DNA from: Chryseolinea sp.
Lineage (GTDB): Bacteria; Bacteroidota; Bacteroidia; Cytophagales; Cyclobacteriaceae
Length of the DNA: 64,000 bases
Assembly (NCBI GenBank): GCA_041742155.1
Contig: JBGSJE010000016.1
Coordinates: 248,293 to 312,292, forward strand
Reading direction: 5' to 3'
How positions within the stretch are numbered: position 1 is the stretch's first letter; each line of letters starts with the position of its first letter. The translations under genes and the position numbers were made by a program. Shown here piece after piece: positions 1 to 9,757 of the stretch. The notes beneath the pieces were generated by a model. The model had not been told where the DNA came from and ran no database searches. It saw only the letters and a list, made by a program, of their open reading frames with translations.

Positions 1-1247
1 TCCACTTCTTTTTCATAACGCGCGATCATGGTGTAATATTCATCCAGTTTGCCGAGGTATTCCATTTGCGCCATGTTCATGGCTTCCCATCCGTCAATGA
101 CAACAGGTAACTGCTCGCGGTTCTCCTCATAGCCCAGCATCACGGCCTGGTAATTCCGCCGAAGGGCTGGGATGATCTTCGTCTTGTAGTTTTCCAGTTG
201 CTGTTGCATCCGGGTCAGTTTTGAAGCCATGCCTGCCAGCATTCCACGTGTTTCAACGAGTAACGCTTCCCGGCTCTTTTGCATCGCTTCAATGTCATAC
301 TGCATGCCCTTTACCTCCGCCCTGTACATTCTTGACGACCAGGGCGCGATCGGAATGGATACCATTGCCATTGCCGTAAATTGTGTAGGCATATCGCCTA
401 TGGGTTGCATGTGATCAAACCTGACCCTGAAATCCGGTCTCGCCTGATTTCGCTGAACCTGCCGGGTAAACTGCATCACCTGGATGGTCTTATCTATCCG
501 GCGAATGTCACTGCGTTGTGCGTGCAGCGCTGCCGTGTCAGAAATAACCTGAAAAGCGTCGTATCGAACACGGGTAGCGGTATCCACCATAATCTTCCTA
601 TCCGGTGGTAAATTCATCAGCGTTTTTAAACGGAATTGTTTTTCTTCAATTTCGCCTTCAGTCATCAGGATCATGTTCTGAACTTCAGCTTTCCTGCCTT
701 CCACTTTATATACATTCCCCAGGCTTCCCTGGTTATAGGGGTACCGTAGTTGGGCAAGCTTCAGCATCAGGCCGACGATCCTTTCATTTTCATGCAACAC
801 ATTCAATTTTTCTTCGGCCACCAGCCATTGGTAGTACAGCGTCCTGGCTTCGGAACGGAGCACGTTAAACTGAGACAACCTCCCCTGTTCTTCCACCGCC
901 GACCGTGAGTTGAGGTATTTTTCAGTCGCCTTTAGCTTCGCCGGGTTGGGAATCTCCTGCTCCACTGAAAACATCACCGTACCCTTGTCACGCTCATCCA
1001 TAAGTGTCTGACCCGGATAGGGCGTCATAAAAGTCCCGGCGCCGACCATGGGCGCCATCCAGCTCCTTGCACCCCTGGTATAAGCGTTTAACGCTTTCAC
1101 TTTACTGTCATACTCCTGTAACATCGGGTTCTGCCCTTCGATCAGGTATAGTACGCTGTCGAGGCTGATTACCTGCGCCGTGATACTGTTTGCTACCGGC
1201 AAGCAGAAAACCGAGGTAAGAAGCCATATTCTAGTGCTTGTTCTCAT
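1..1247 (-). CDS. TolC-family outer membrane efflux protein (CzcC/CusC-like); start is in the window, 3' end runs off the left edge
   Basis: Absent from the ORF track because it is truncated. Own translation of the minus strand from ATG 1247-1245 gives MRTSTRIWLLTSVFCLPVANSITAQVISLDSVLYLIEGQNPMLQEYDSKVKALNAY..., a signal peptide followed by TolC-like helical repeats. The frame stays open to position 3 (about 415 codons). It overlaps the stop of the upstream RND gene by 17 nt. Confidence 0.8.
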   Translation of the reverse strand, partial: MRTSTRIWLLTSVFCLPVANSITAQVISLDSVLYLIEGQNPMLQEYDSKVKALNAYTRGARSWMAPMVGAGTFMTPYPGQTLMDERDKGTVMFSVEQEIPNPAKLKATEKYLNSRSAVEEQGRLSQFNVLRSEARTLYYQWLVAEEKLNVLHENERIVGLMLKLAQLRYPYNQGSLGNVYKVEGRKAEVQNMILMTEGEIEEKQFRLKTLMNLPPDRKIMVDTATRVRYDAFQVISDTAALHAQRSDIRRIDKTIQVMQFTRQVQRNQARPDFRVRFDHMQPIGDMPTQFTAMAMVSIPIAPWSSRMYRAEVKGMQYDIEAMQKSREALLVETRGMLAGMASKLTRMQQQLENYKTKIIPALRRNYQAVMLGYEENREQLPVVIDGWEAMNMAQMEYLGKLDEYYTMIARYEKEV

Positions 1248-3159
1248 ACACTTCCATTTTTCCGAACTTTCTTAATTCATATTCTTTCGTCATCAGAAAG
1301 ATTAGCGGAGTTACCAGCAAGATGTGCGTCGATGATGTAAGCACGCCCCCGATCATGGGGAGCACGATTGGCTGCATGACATCGCTACCGACGCCTGATG
1401 ACCACAATACAGGCACCAGCCCAAACAAGGCGACACAAACCGTCATCAACTTGGGCCTGAGACGTTTTGCAGCTCCTGCGATCACAAATTCCCGCAGCTC
1501 CTCCGTTGAGATCGTTTCACTGCTATTACCCCGGAGTTTAACGAGTTGTTGCATGGCATCATTCAGGTATATCACCATAACAACACCTGTTTCAACAGCG
1601 ATTCCGAACAACGCGATAAATCCAACCGCGACAGCCACCGACAGGTTAACGCCATAAAAGTAAACCATGTAAGCTCCTCCTATCAGGGCAAAGGGAACAG
1701 TGATCAGGCTGAAAAAAGCTTCCCGAACGGACTTGAACGCCAGGTAAAGCGATACAAAAATGATAAGTAACACCACGGGCAGGATCACCATCAGGGTTTG
1801 TTTCCCGCGAATCAGGTTTTCATATTGCCCACTCCATTCGATGTAATAACCATTGGGCAGAGTACCCATTGTTTCGTTGAGTTTTCCGATCGCCTCGTGC
1901 ACGGTGCTGCCCAGGTCACGATCCCTGACATTAAATAACACTGCTCCACGCAACATGGCGTTTTCCGATGTGATCATCGGCGGACCGTCTTCAAATCGTA
2001 TGTCCGCTACCTGCGACAACGGAATTGTTCCCAACAACGGAGTCATTACCGGAATCCTTCTTAAGTGCTCAATACTGTTCCGGTAATCCTGGGCGAGTCG
2101 TATACTTATAGTAAAGCGTTGTCTTCCTTCTATCGTCTGTCCCACAGGCGCACCGCCAATGGCGGATTCGACAATGGTATTTACATCGTCTACCGTCAGG
2201 CCATACCTTCCCAGGGCATCGCGATCGATATCGATGGCCAGGTACTTTCCGCCGGTAATGGGATCAACATACAGGTCTTTCACACCTTCAATCCCCGAGA
2301 GAGCTGCTTTTACCTTTTCGGACAACCTATAGATACTATCGAGGTTCTGGCCATATACCTTTACACCTACATCGGTACGTATACCTGTCGAAAGCATGTT
2401 GATACGGTTGATGATGGGTTGGGTCCAACCGTTTACCACACCCGGAATCTGCAACTTCGCGTCCAATTCGTTTACGATGTCTTTTTTGGTCAGCCCCTCA
2501 CGCCATTGCGATTTTGGCTTTAACATGATGATGGTCTCGATCATACTAACCGGTGAATTATCGGTTGCGGTACTGGCACGCCCCGCCTTTCCCAGCACTT
2601 TATATACTTCCGGCACCGTTGTGATGATCTTATCCTGCACCTGAAGGATGCGTTTTGCTTCGTCATTCGAAACGTCCGGTAATGTTACCGGCATAAACAG
2701 GATAGATTGTTCGTCGAGCGGAGGCATGAATTCACTGCCCAGGCTCATTAGGAGCGGGATACTAACGGCGAGTGCCAGGATATTCACTCCAAGTGTTGTC
2801 TTCCTCCACTTCAGGCAAGCACGGATAGCGGGTTCATAAATTCGCTCAAGAAACCTGTTGACCGGATTTTTATGACCGTCCCTGAATTTTCCCTTCATAA
2901 AAAATGAGATGATCACCGGCGCCAGGGTCACTACGAGCACCGCATCCACCAACATGATGAACGTCTTTGTAAACGCAAGGGGATGAAAGAGTTTACCTTC
3001 CTGGCCCGTCAGCATAAATACCGGGAGAAATGAAGTTATGATAATAATCGTGGAATAAAATACACCACGAGAAACCTGCCTGGACGACTTTTCGATAATG
3101 GCAAGGCGCTCCGTTTCCTCAATCCCGATATAGTTCCGTGAAAAAAGTTTTTTGAACAT
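1231..3159 (-). CDS. CusA/CzcA-family heavy-metal efflux RND permease, C-terminal fragment (642 aa)
   Basis: Motifs FLPVFMLTGQEGKLFHPLAFTKT, INMLSTGIRTDVGVKVYG and a C-terminal TM bundle are colinear with roughly residues 400-1047 of E. coli CusA as recalled. The ATG lies 4 nt after the stop of the N-terminal fragment. Confidence 0.85.
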   Translation of the reverse strand: MFKKLFSRNYIGIEETERLAIIEKSSRQVSRGVFYSTIIIITSFLPVFMLTGQEGKLFHPLAFTKTFIMLVDAVLVVTLAPVIISFFMKGKFRDGHKNPVNRFLERIYEPAIRACLKWRKTTLGVNILALAVSIPLLMSLGSEFMPPLDEQSILFMPVTLPDVSNDEAKRILQVQDKIITTVPEVYKVLGKAGRASTATDNSPVSMIETIIMLKPKSQWREGLTKKDIVNELDAKLQIPGVVNGWTQPIINRINMLSTGIRTDVGVKVYGQNLDSIYRLSEKVKAALSGIEGVKDLYVDPITGGKYLAIDIDRDALGRYGLTVDDVNTIVESAIGGAPVGQTIEGRQRFTISIRLAQDYRNSIEHLRRIPVMTPLLGTIPLSQVADIRFEDGPPMITSENAMLRGAVLFNVRDRDLGSTVHEAIGKLNETMGTLPNGYYIEWSGQYENLIRGKQTLMVILPVVLLIIFVSLYLAFKSVREAFFSLITVPFALIGGAYMVYFYGVNLSVAVAVGFIALFGIAVETGVVMVIYLNDAMQQLVKLRGNSSETISTEELREFVIAGAAKRLRPKLMTVCVALFGLVPVLWSSGVGSDVMQPIVLPMIGGVLTSSTHILLVTPLIFLMTKEYELRKFGKMEVYENKH

Positions 3160-3163
3160 TTTA

Positions 3164-4450
3164 TTATTTTTTAGTCGGGGGATTCAATTCCCCAAAACGA
3201 GCGGACAGGTTCTTGTATGAATTTTCAGCCATGATAATTCCATTGTCGGCAATTACACCGATTGCCAGTGCAATTCCCGTAAGTGACATGATGTTCGATG
3301 TTATACCGAATGCACGCAAAAGGATAAAAGCGGTTGCGATCGTGATGGGTATCTGAATGATGATACTGACGGCGCTCCTCCAGTGAAACAAAAAGACGAT
3401 CACTACCAAAGACACGACGATCATTTCCTCGATGAGCGTGGTTCTTACGGATGACACCGACTCCCGGATCAACTCACTACGGTCGTAAATAATATTGAAC
3501 TTCACACCCTCGGGAAAACCTTTCGCCACTTCCTCCATCTTCTTTTTAACACCTGCAATAACGGCGTCTGCATTTTCACCGTAACGCATCACCACAATTC
3601 CGCCCACAACTTCACCTTCACCGTCAAGATCAAAAATACCAAGACGTGTCTCCCCCGTCATTTGAACAGTAGCCACATCGCGGATGGCTACCGGGGTGGC
3701 GTTCACCGTCTTCAACGGAATGTTCTCGATCTCCTCGATTGACTTTAAATAACCCGATGTTTTGATGATGTAGCCAATGTCATTCAGTTCAAACTTCCTT
3801 CCGCCCGCTTCATTGTTGTTCGATCGCACCGCCTGGATAACGTCCCGGGTCGACAGCGCGTAGTAGCTTAACTTATTCGGATTAAGGGTGACCTGGTATT
3901 GTTTCTGAAATCCTCCGAAGGATGCAATTTCGGCTACGCCCGGAGAATTCTGAAGGGCAAATTTTACATACCAGTCCTGAATGGCCCGTTGTTCACCGAG
4001 GTCCATACCGGGTGCGTCCAGCGTATACCATAATATGTGCCCGACGCCGGTGCCATCGGGTCCTAACGTAGGGGTTACACCATCCGGTAGCAGGCGCGCA
4101 GCGTAGTTCAGTCTTTCCAATACCCGCTCGCGCGCCCAGTAAACGTCCGTATCGTCGTTGAAGATCACATACACGAAGCTCATACCAAACATGGAAGAGC
4201 CGCGGACATACTTTACCTGGGGTAAGCCCTGAAGGTTCGTCACCAGCGGGTAGGTTACCTGGTCTTCCATGATCTGGGGCCCTCTCCCCATCCATTCCGT
4301 GAACACGATCACCTGGTTTTCGGACAAGTCGGGAATAGCATCGATCTTACTCTCCCTGACCGAGTAAAGTCCCCAGACGAATAAACCGGTAGCCACCAGT
4401 AACACGAGAAAGCGGTTACGCAACGAGAATGAAATCAAACTTTCAATCAT
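3164..4450 (-). CDS. CusA/CzcA-family heavy-metal efflux RND permease, N-terminal fragment (428 aa)
   Basis: MIESLISFSLRNRFLVLL..., then a periplasmic porter region, then IMSLTGIALAIGVIADNGIIMAEN matching the CusA segment before the TM4-TM5 cytoplasmic loop. It ends at TAA TAA directly after an A6 run. Confidence 0.85.
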   Translation of the reverse strand: MIESLISFSLRNRFLVLLVATGLFVWGLYSVRESKIDAIPDLSENQVIVFTEWMGRGPQIMEDQVTYPLVTNLQGLPQVKYVRGSSMFGMSFVYVIFNDDTDVYWARERVLERLNYAARLLPDGVTPTLGPDGTGVGHILWYTLDAPGMDLGEQRAIQDWYVKFALQNSPGVAEIASFGGFQKQYQVTLNPNKLSYYALSTRDVIQAVRSNNNEAGGRKFELNDIGYIIKTSGYLKSIEEIENIPLKTVNATPVAIRDVATVQMTGETRLGIFDLDGEGEVVGGIVVMRYGENADAVIAGVKKKMEEVAKGFPEGVKFNIIYDRSELIRESVSSVRTTLIEEMIVVSLVVIVFLFHWRSAVSIIIQIPITIATAFILLRAFGITSNIMSLTGIALAIGVIADNGIIMAENSYKNLSARFGELNPPTKK

Positions 4451-4545
4451 AGCCTTGGATAAAATATAAAAACAGGAATTGGCTTATCGCTAAAGAGAAA
4501 GCGATCGCGGGAAGAGTGTAAACTCTCCGGTGGGGTAAGTAAAAA

Positions 4546-4950
4546 TCAAATGAGGAATACCTGGTACGAAACGGTCAAGTCTGCCGCTCGAAGGGGAGGA
4601 TCGTAGTGATGGTATGCCGTTCGGGAAAGGGGAATGGCGGGAATGACTTCCGAGATAAACACAGGCGGCCATTCCATGTCGGCGACCGGTACGGTCAGCG
4701 TGATATCCGTGGAAGTGACTTTAAAATCTTCAGCCTCGTGAACGATCGTCTCATCTTCGCAGCAGGGCTTTGTCAGTTGTTTGTGACAGGGAGGTAACCG
4801 TTTCTCCATTCCACAATCATCGGCCTTGGTGAAAAGAGCTACGTTCCGGATTTGTCCGCGGCAAAGATGAACGCCTACTATAAAACTGCTGCTGGAAAAC
4901 AGCACCAGAAAGGCGAATGCGACGGATAATATAGAGCGGTATCGTTTCAT
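4546..4950 (-). CDS. Small exported Cys/His-rich protein resembling the HYC_CC_PP family; first gene of the metal-efflux operon
   Basis: 134 aa with an N-terminal signal/TM segment. Contains VHLC, PCHKQLTKPCCEDE and YDPPL motifs. Sits immediately upstream of CusA/CzcA on the same strand. Confidence 0.6.
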   Translation of the reverse strand: MKRYRSILSVAFAFLVLFSSSSFIVGVHLCRGQIRNVALFTKADDCGMEKRLPPCHKQLTKPCCEDETIVHEAEDFKVTSTDITLTVPVADMEWPPVFISEVIPAIPLSRTAYHHYDPPLRAADLTVSYQVFLI

Positions 4951-5476
4951 TGACTTAACAAATGTAACGGAATTCGAACAATCGGGATTTATACTTTAGA
5001 AAAAAAGCGTTGCAAAATTGCGGGAATACGGCAGAAAATGGTACGTCGAGCCTTCCGGATACCCAATTTGGCAGGAATTCACGGCAAAAGGACGGCCCGA
5101 TGCAAGGAACACCCAGGCAATGAGCAATCAGGATTTTTTCAGAAATTCCGTAAGAAGAACGATACTGCTGCCATTCACCCTGCAATCCACTTCCAGCGCA
5201 TCTTCGGTGAGCTTTATCTTCTTACAACAGTTCCTCTTTTAAGGGTAAGCGACGATCCCTTTGCGTTGATATCTTAATGAGGGTAACAGAATCGCCGTCA
5301 TGAAGTGTGTTCCCGTCCCTATCTTCATTCCAGTGCCATGATAAGTTAATTTCCCTCAAGGCTAGTGAAATAAATTTCGTAGGTGACGTAAAACGTTTCG
5401 GGGCTTTCCGCTAAAAGAAATGCATTGTTTATTATCGGGCCTTTTTCAATATTTGAAAACAAATGATCTTTTAATT

Positions 5477-6559
5477 ATGCAACGCACAAAAGTAGCGATC
5501 CTCGGTGGCGGGTTTATCTCGGATATTCATCTTGAAAGTTATCATCGATTCGTACCCGAGGCGGAAGTTGTGGCGATATACGCCCGTAACGGGGCGAAAG
5601 CAAAAGCCATGGCGGAAAAACACCACATTCCGAAATGGTATGACAACATCGAACAACTCCTCGCCGAATCCGGATGCGAAGTAGTCGATATTTGCCTGCC
5701 TAACTACCTCCACGCAGAGGCGACCTTAAAGGCAGCCGCAGCGGGAAAACACATTATCATAGAAAAACCCCTGGCAGTGACCCTTGAGGAAGCTGACGCG
5801 ATGATCGCCGCCTGTAAAACGGCCGGTGTAAAACTGATGTACGCCGAAGAACTATGCTTCGCTCCAAAATACGAACGTGTCCGGCACCTGGTTAAGGAAA
5901 AGGCTGTCGGAAATATCTATATGCTCAAGCAGTCTGAAAAACATTCGGGTCCCCACACGGATTGGTTTTATGATATCAACCTGGCAGGCGGCGGTGTGCT
6001 GATGGATATGGGATGTCATGCCTTCGGCTGGTTTTTCTGGATGCTCAATAATGCACGGGTAAAAAGTGTAAACGCCAGTATGGCGACCGTTCTTCATAAG
6101 GGACGTACGCAGGGCGAAGACAATTCTATTGTAATCGTTGAATTTGAAAATGGTGCCACTGCCGTTGCTGAAAACAGCTGGGCAAAACAGGGTGGCATGG
6201 ACGACCGGTGCGAAGTATACGGCACGGAAGGCGTGGTGTACGCTGACCTGTTCATCGGCAACTCCGCCCTTACGTACAGCAAGAACGGATACGGGTATGC
6301 CATGGAAAAGGCAGATACTACAGCGGGATGGAGTTTTACAGTTTTTGAAGAAGTGTTTAACCAGGGCTATCCGCACGAGCTCAAGCATTTTATCGAATGT
6401 GTTCAGAAAGACAAACAACCCCTTACCACGGGAGAACTGGGGCGCGCCGTACTGGAAGTCATCTATGCCGCATACGCTTCGGCCGGACAGGGAAAAAAGA
6501 TAAATCTCCCGTTCGCACCCGTCGTTGAAAAGCCGATCGACCTTTGGTTGAAACCTTAA
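5477..6559 (+). CDS. Gfo/Idh/MocA-family NAD(P)-dependent oxidoreductase
   Basis: The Rossmann start VAILGGGFISDIHLESY plus the EKPLA motif are typical of the family. Start moved to the first ATG (5477) that gives the canonical N-terminus. Confidence 0.85.
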   Translation: MQRTKVAILGGGFISDIHLESYHRFVPEAEVVAIYARNGAKAKAMAEKHHIPKWYDNIEQLLAESGCEVVDICLPNYLHAEATLKAAAAGKHIIIEKPLAVTLEEADAMIAACKTAGVKLMYAEELCFAPKYERVRHLVKEKAVGNIYMLKQSEKHSGPHTDWFYDINLAGGGVLMDMGCHAFGWFFWMLNNARVKSVNASMATVLHKGRTQGEDNSIVIVEFENGATAVAENSWAKQGGMDDRCEVYGTEGVVYADLFIGNSALTYSKNGYGYAMEKADTTAGWSFTVFEEVFNQGYPHELKHFIECVQKDKQPLTTGELGRAVLEVIYAAYASAGQGKKINLPFAPVVEKPIDLWLKP

Positions 6560-6650
6560 TCGCAGTATTGCAATTTTACTATCTAAGCGAAATCAGGCAG
6601 CGTCCGGCGATCTCTCCCGGAGAAGTGTTCGACGTACATCCGAGGTAATA

Positions 6651-6679
6651 AAAAAAAGCCCGCGAATAAAACCGCGGGC
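6651..6679 (-). terminator. Rho-independent terminator downstream of the RND permease gene
   Basis: Stem GCCCGCG (6658-6664) pairs with CGCGGGC (6673-6679) around an 8-nt loop. On the minus strand the hairpin is followed by a T7 run (6651-6657). It lies between convergent genes. Confidence 0.75.
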
Positions 6680-6705
6680 CTTTCGTCACGAATATTTGAA
6701 AAGGA

Positions 6706-9700
6706 TCAGGCAACTTCCACCTTCGGGGGAATGAGTTTGTACACCACCGGGGTGACGATCCTCGATAAAATAGTGGAACTGATCAATCCCCCGATAAGTA
6801 CGATCGCCAGCGGAGAGATGAGGGGATTTGTGGACAGCGCTATCGGCAACAGTCCTCCGATCGCCGTGAGTGACGTCAGAACGATCGGCAGAAAACGGAC
6901 TTCGCCGGCTTCACGGATAGCTTCATCCACCGATTTCCCCTGCTGCCGTAACTGGTTGGTGAAATCTACAAGGAGAATTGAATTCTTCACTTCAACCCCT
7001 GCAAGCGCAATGAGGCCGATAATCGCGACGAATGAAAGCGGGTTCCCCGTGAACAACAATCCCAGTACGGCACCGACAATACCCAGTGGAATCACGCTCA
7101 GCACGATGAGCATACTTTTGAACGTCTTGAACATCAGGACCAACACGGCTACAAACATAAAAACGGTGACGATAATGATCGTTCCAAGACCTCCGAACGA
7201 CTCATTGCTGGCTTCAACATCACCGCCCATCATAAAACTATAACCCTCCGGCAGCCGGGCACTTTTCATTTTAGCTACCACGTCGCTTATTACCTTGTCA
7301 TTCAAAAATCCTTTTTGTACAAAGGCCGACACCGACACCATGCGATTTTTGTTGTAGTGATCTATTCTCAGAGGAGACGCCTCAAGCTTGAGGCCCGCGA
7401 TCTGTTCGAGCGGTACGGCAGCACCGATACGGTTGTTCACAAATAGATTTTCAAGCGACGCGAGTGTCGCCCGCTCTTTTTTTGGCGTAGTCACATGTAT
7501 GTTAAAATCTTCGCCTTCGGAATCAGTGAACTTACCCATATCAAGGCCTGCCACGGCCAGCCTGACTGTCCGGTCGATATCGACTGTATTGAGTCCGGTC
7601 ATCCGCGCCTTCTCCTGGTTGATCACGACACGGATATCACTTTTTAAGTTGCTGACCGGGTTATTTACATATATCGTACCTTCCGTCTGCTGGAGTAACC
7701 GTTCTACCTGCGCAGCAATCGAACGGAGCGTATCGAGGTTATCGCCGAACAACCGTACCTCAACGGGAGCCACAACGGGAGGACCCTGCTCGAAATTCTT
7801 AACCTCGATTTTTGCGCCCGGGTAACCGGCAAACTCATCGCGCAACCGGTTTATGATCTCGAGTTTCCTTTTCGGGGAAGTGTGCTCATCGAGCTGGACG
7901 AATGTCTGGGCAAAGTCCGTTCTTTCGTTTTCCTGAATAACATTGTAGTAAACACGCGGATTTCCTTTTCCCACATTCGTGGCGAAAAAATTCACCTCCG
8001 GAATTTTACTCACCACCTCATCGACAACGCCGGCCACAGAATCCGTTCTTTCCAGATTGGTTTGAAGCGGTGTGATTGTATTGATGATGAATTGCGGCTT
8101 CTCCGACGCGGGAAAGAGTCCAAATCCGACGACTGAAAAAAGTTGAAGTGATCCGATAAAAATAACACCGGCAACAACCATGGTGGTTTTCGGATAAACG
8201 AGCGCCTTATCCAGCAGTCGTGAGTAGCTGCCGTGAATGAGTTTCTGCAACCCGCGCATGAAGATATTACCTCCGTCTTTCCCGTGATCCTTCAGGACGC
8301 GGCTCGACAAAAAGGGTATAACCGTGATCGATACCAGCATGGAAGCCAGCACGGACATGATCACCGCCAGCGGTAATCCCCTGATAAAGTCACCGGCTCC
8401 TTCCGGCAGAAATACCAGCGGCATAAACGCGATGATTAACGTCATGGTACAGCCAACGACAGCCAGCCCGATCTGACGTGTAGCCTTGATCGTAGCGTCC
8501 AGCCTGGAATGACCTTCGCGCATCCAGCGCTCAATATTCTCCACTACGACAATACTGTCATCAACCAGCAAACCGAGCGCGACCACCAATCCCACAATGC
8601 TAAGCTGGTTCAGACTGATACCCATCAGGTTTAATAAAACGAGGCCGATAGACAACGAAAGTGGTATGCTTATCATTACCACAGCAGCAGCGCGGGGACC
8701 AAGTGGCAGTAATGTAATCGAAACCAGCAGTATGGCGATGAGAAAATCCATTCCAAGTCCTGTGAGGCGACCGTTTACATTGTCGGCCTGATCGAAGTGA
8801 TGGACCATATCGATATTTGAAGGCAGCGTCGCGGCGAAAGTTTCCAGAACAGGTTTATATAATTTTTGAGTATTGGTGATGTTCAGTCCCGGTTTTTGCG
8901 CGGCGACAACGAATACACAACGGTGGCCGTTGAGGCGTGTGATGTGTTTGGTCTCGTCAAATGTGATGAAAGCGTCCGCCACATCTTTCAGCAGGATATT
9001 CTTGCCGTTGGCAGCGTATACGATGGTATTCCTGATCTCATCGATCGATGTATAATTGCCGCTGGTTTTAATGCTAAAGGATTTTGAACCCGCCTCCACA
9101 CTTCCTCCCGGGATGTTGGCCATTTCACTCTGAAGACTTCCGGTGATCGCGTCAAGCGGAATATGCATCTGGGCGATCTTTTCCAGCCGGAGTTCGATCC
9201 GGACAATTTGCTCCGGCAAACCCTGGATCTCAATGTTCTTGAGGCTGGGTATTTTTTCCAACTCGTCTTTCAATGCTTCGGCATGGAACTTCAGTCGTGA
9301 CCGCGACGCGTTTTCAGAGATCAATGCTACCTGGATGATGTTGACATCGGAAGGCTGAAATTTCTGCACATCGATGTTGTAAATATCTTTGGGTAGTTCC
9401 GTACGGAGGGTATTCACTTCTCTCACCAGTTCCTGGTATTTTTCGTCCGTGTCACTCTCGTACTTGTATTCAATACGCATCACGGCCAGTCCGTCGCTGA
9501 TCGTTGTACGCACACGTTTCATATCTTCCAGCTCGTTGATTGTTTCTTCCATCGGGTCAACGACAAGTTCCTCCATATCTTTGGGGCTCGTGCCGGGATA
9601 TACCACCACGATGTTAAACTGTGGCGCTTCGATCTCAGGGTCTTCACTGCGCGGCATGGTAAGGAGCGTTGTTACTCCTACGGCAGCGGCCATCAGGAAC

Positions 9701-9750
9701 ATGATCAGGGTGAACTGATAGTTCTTTACCGCAAATTCTGAAATTTTCAT
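6706..9750 (-). CDS. Efflux RND transporter permease (AcrB/HAE1-like), 1014 aa
   Basis: Full-length 12-TM RND architecture. N-terminus MKISEFAVKNYQFTLIMFLM.., two large periplasmic loops, and an operon with MFP and TolC genes. Confidence 0.9.
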   Translation of the reverse strand: MKISEFAVKNYQFTLIMFLMAAAVGVTTLLTMPRSEDPEIEAPQFNIVVVYPGTSPKDMEELVVDPMEETINELEDMKRVRTTISDGLAVMRIEYKYESDTDEKYQELVREVNTLRTELPKDIYNIDVQKFQPSDVNIIQVALISENASRSRLKFHAEALKDELEKIPSLKNIEIQGLPEQIVRIELRLEKIAQMHIPLDAITGSLQSEMANIPGGSVEAGSKSFSIKTSGNYTSIDEIRNTIVYAANGKNILLKDVADAFITFDETKHITRLNGHRCVFVVAAQKPGLNITNTQKLYKPVLETFAATLPSNIDMVHHFDQADNVNGRLTGLGMDFLIAILLVSITLLPLGPRAAAVVMISIPLSLSIGLVLLNLMGISLNQLSIVGLVVALGLLVDDSIVVVENIERWMREGHSRLDATIKATRQIGLAVVGCTMTLIIAFMPLVFLPEGAGDFIRGLPLAVIMSVLASMLVSITVIPFLSSRVLKDHGKDGGNIFMRGLQKLIHGSYSRLLDKALVYPKTTMVVAGVIFIGSLQLFSVVGFGLFPASEKPQFIINTITPLQTNLERTDSVAGVVDEVVSKIPEVNFFATNVGKGNPRVYYNVIQENERTDFAQTFVQLDEHTSPKRKLEIINRLRDEFAGYPGAKIEVKNFEQGPPVVAPVEVRLFGDNLDTLRSIAAQVERLLQQTEGTIYVNNPVSNLKSDIRVVINQEKARMTGLNTVDIDRTVRLAVAGLDMGKFTDSEGEDFNIHVTTPKKERATLASLENLFVNNRIGAAVPLEQIAGLKLEASPLRIDHYNKNRMVSVSAFVQKGFLNDKVISDVVAKMKSARLPEGYSFMMGGDVEASNESFGGLGTIIIVTVFMFVAVLVLMFKTFKSMLIVLSVIPLGIVGAVLGLLFTGNPLSFVAIIGLIALAGVEVKNSILLVDFTNQLRQQGKSVDEAIREAGEVRFLPIVLTSLTAIGGLLPIALSTNPLISPLAIVLIGGLISSTILSRIVTPVVYKLIPPKVEVA

Positions 9751-9757
9751 ACTTCCG

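Noticed and set aside
229-868. Three plus-strand ORFs (61-87 aa) from the ORF track
   Set aside because: They lie antisense within the open TolC-family reading frame and have no recognisable features.
1225-1227. ATG at 1227 as the start of the left-edge TolC-like gene
   Set aside because: A triplet-by-triplet check showed this ATG is in a frame that gives a non-protein-like sequence and hits stops near the left edge. The TolC-like frame starts at ATG 1247 and has a clear signal peptide.
3993-4295. 100-aa minus-strand ORF inside the CusA N-fragment
   Set aside because: It is an alternative frame of a strongly supported RND gene, with an Arg/Gly-rich composition typical of out-of-frame translation.
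4951-5476. 525-bp divergent intergenic region with short ORFs, possibly a gene remnant
   Set aside because: Translations in all frames gave only fragments of 30-76 aa with no recognisable motif. It cannot be distinguished from ordinary promoter DNA without a search.
5852-6418. 188-aa antisense ORF within the Gfo/Idh/MocA gene
   Set aside because: The sense frame has clear family motifs, and the antisense product has none.
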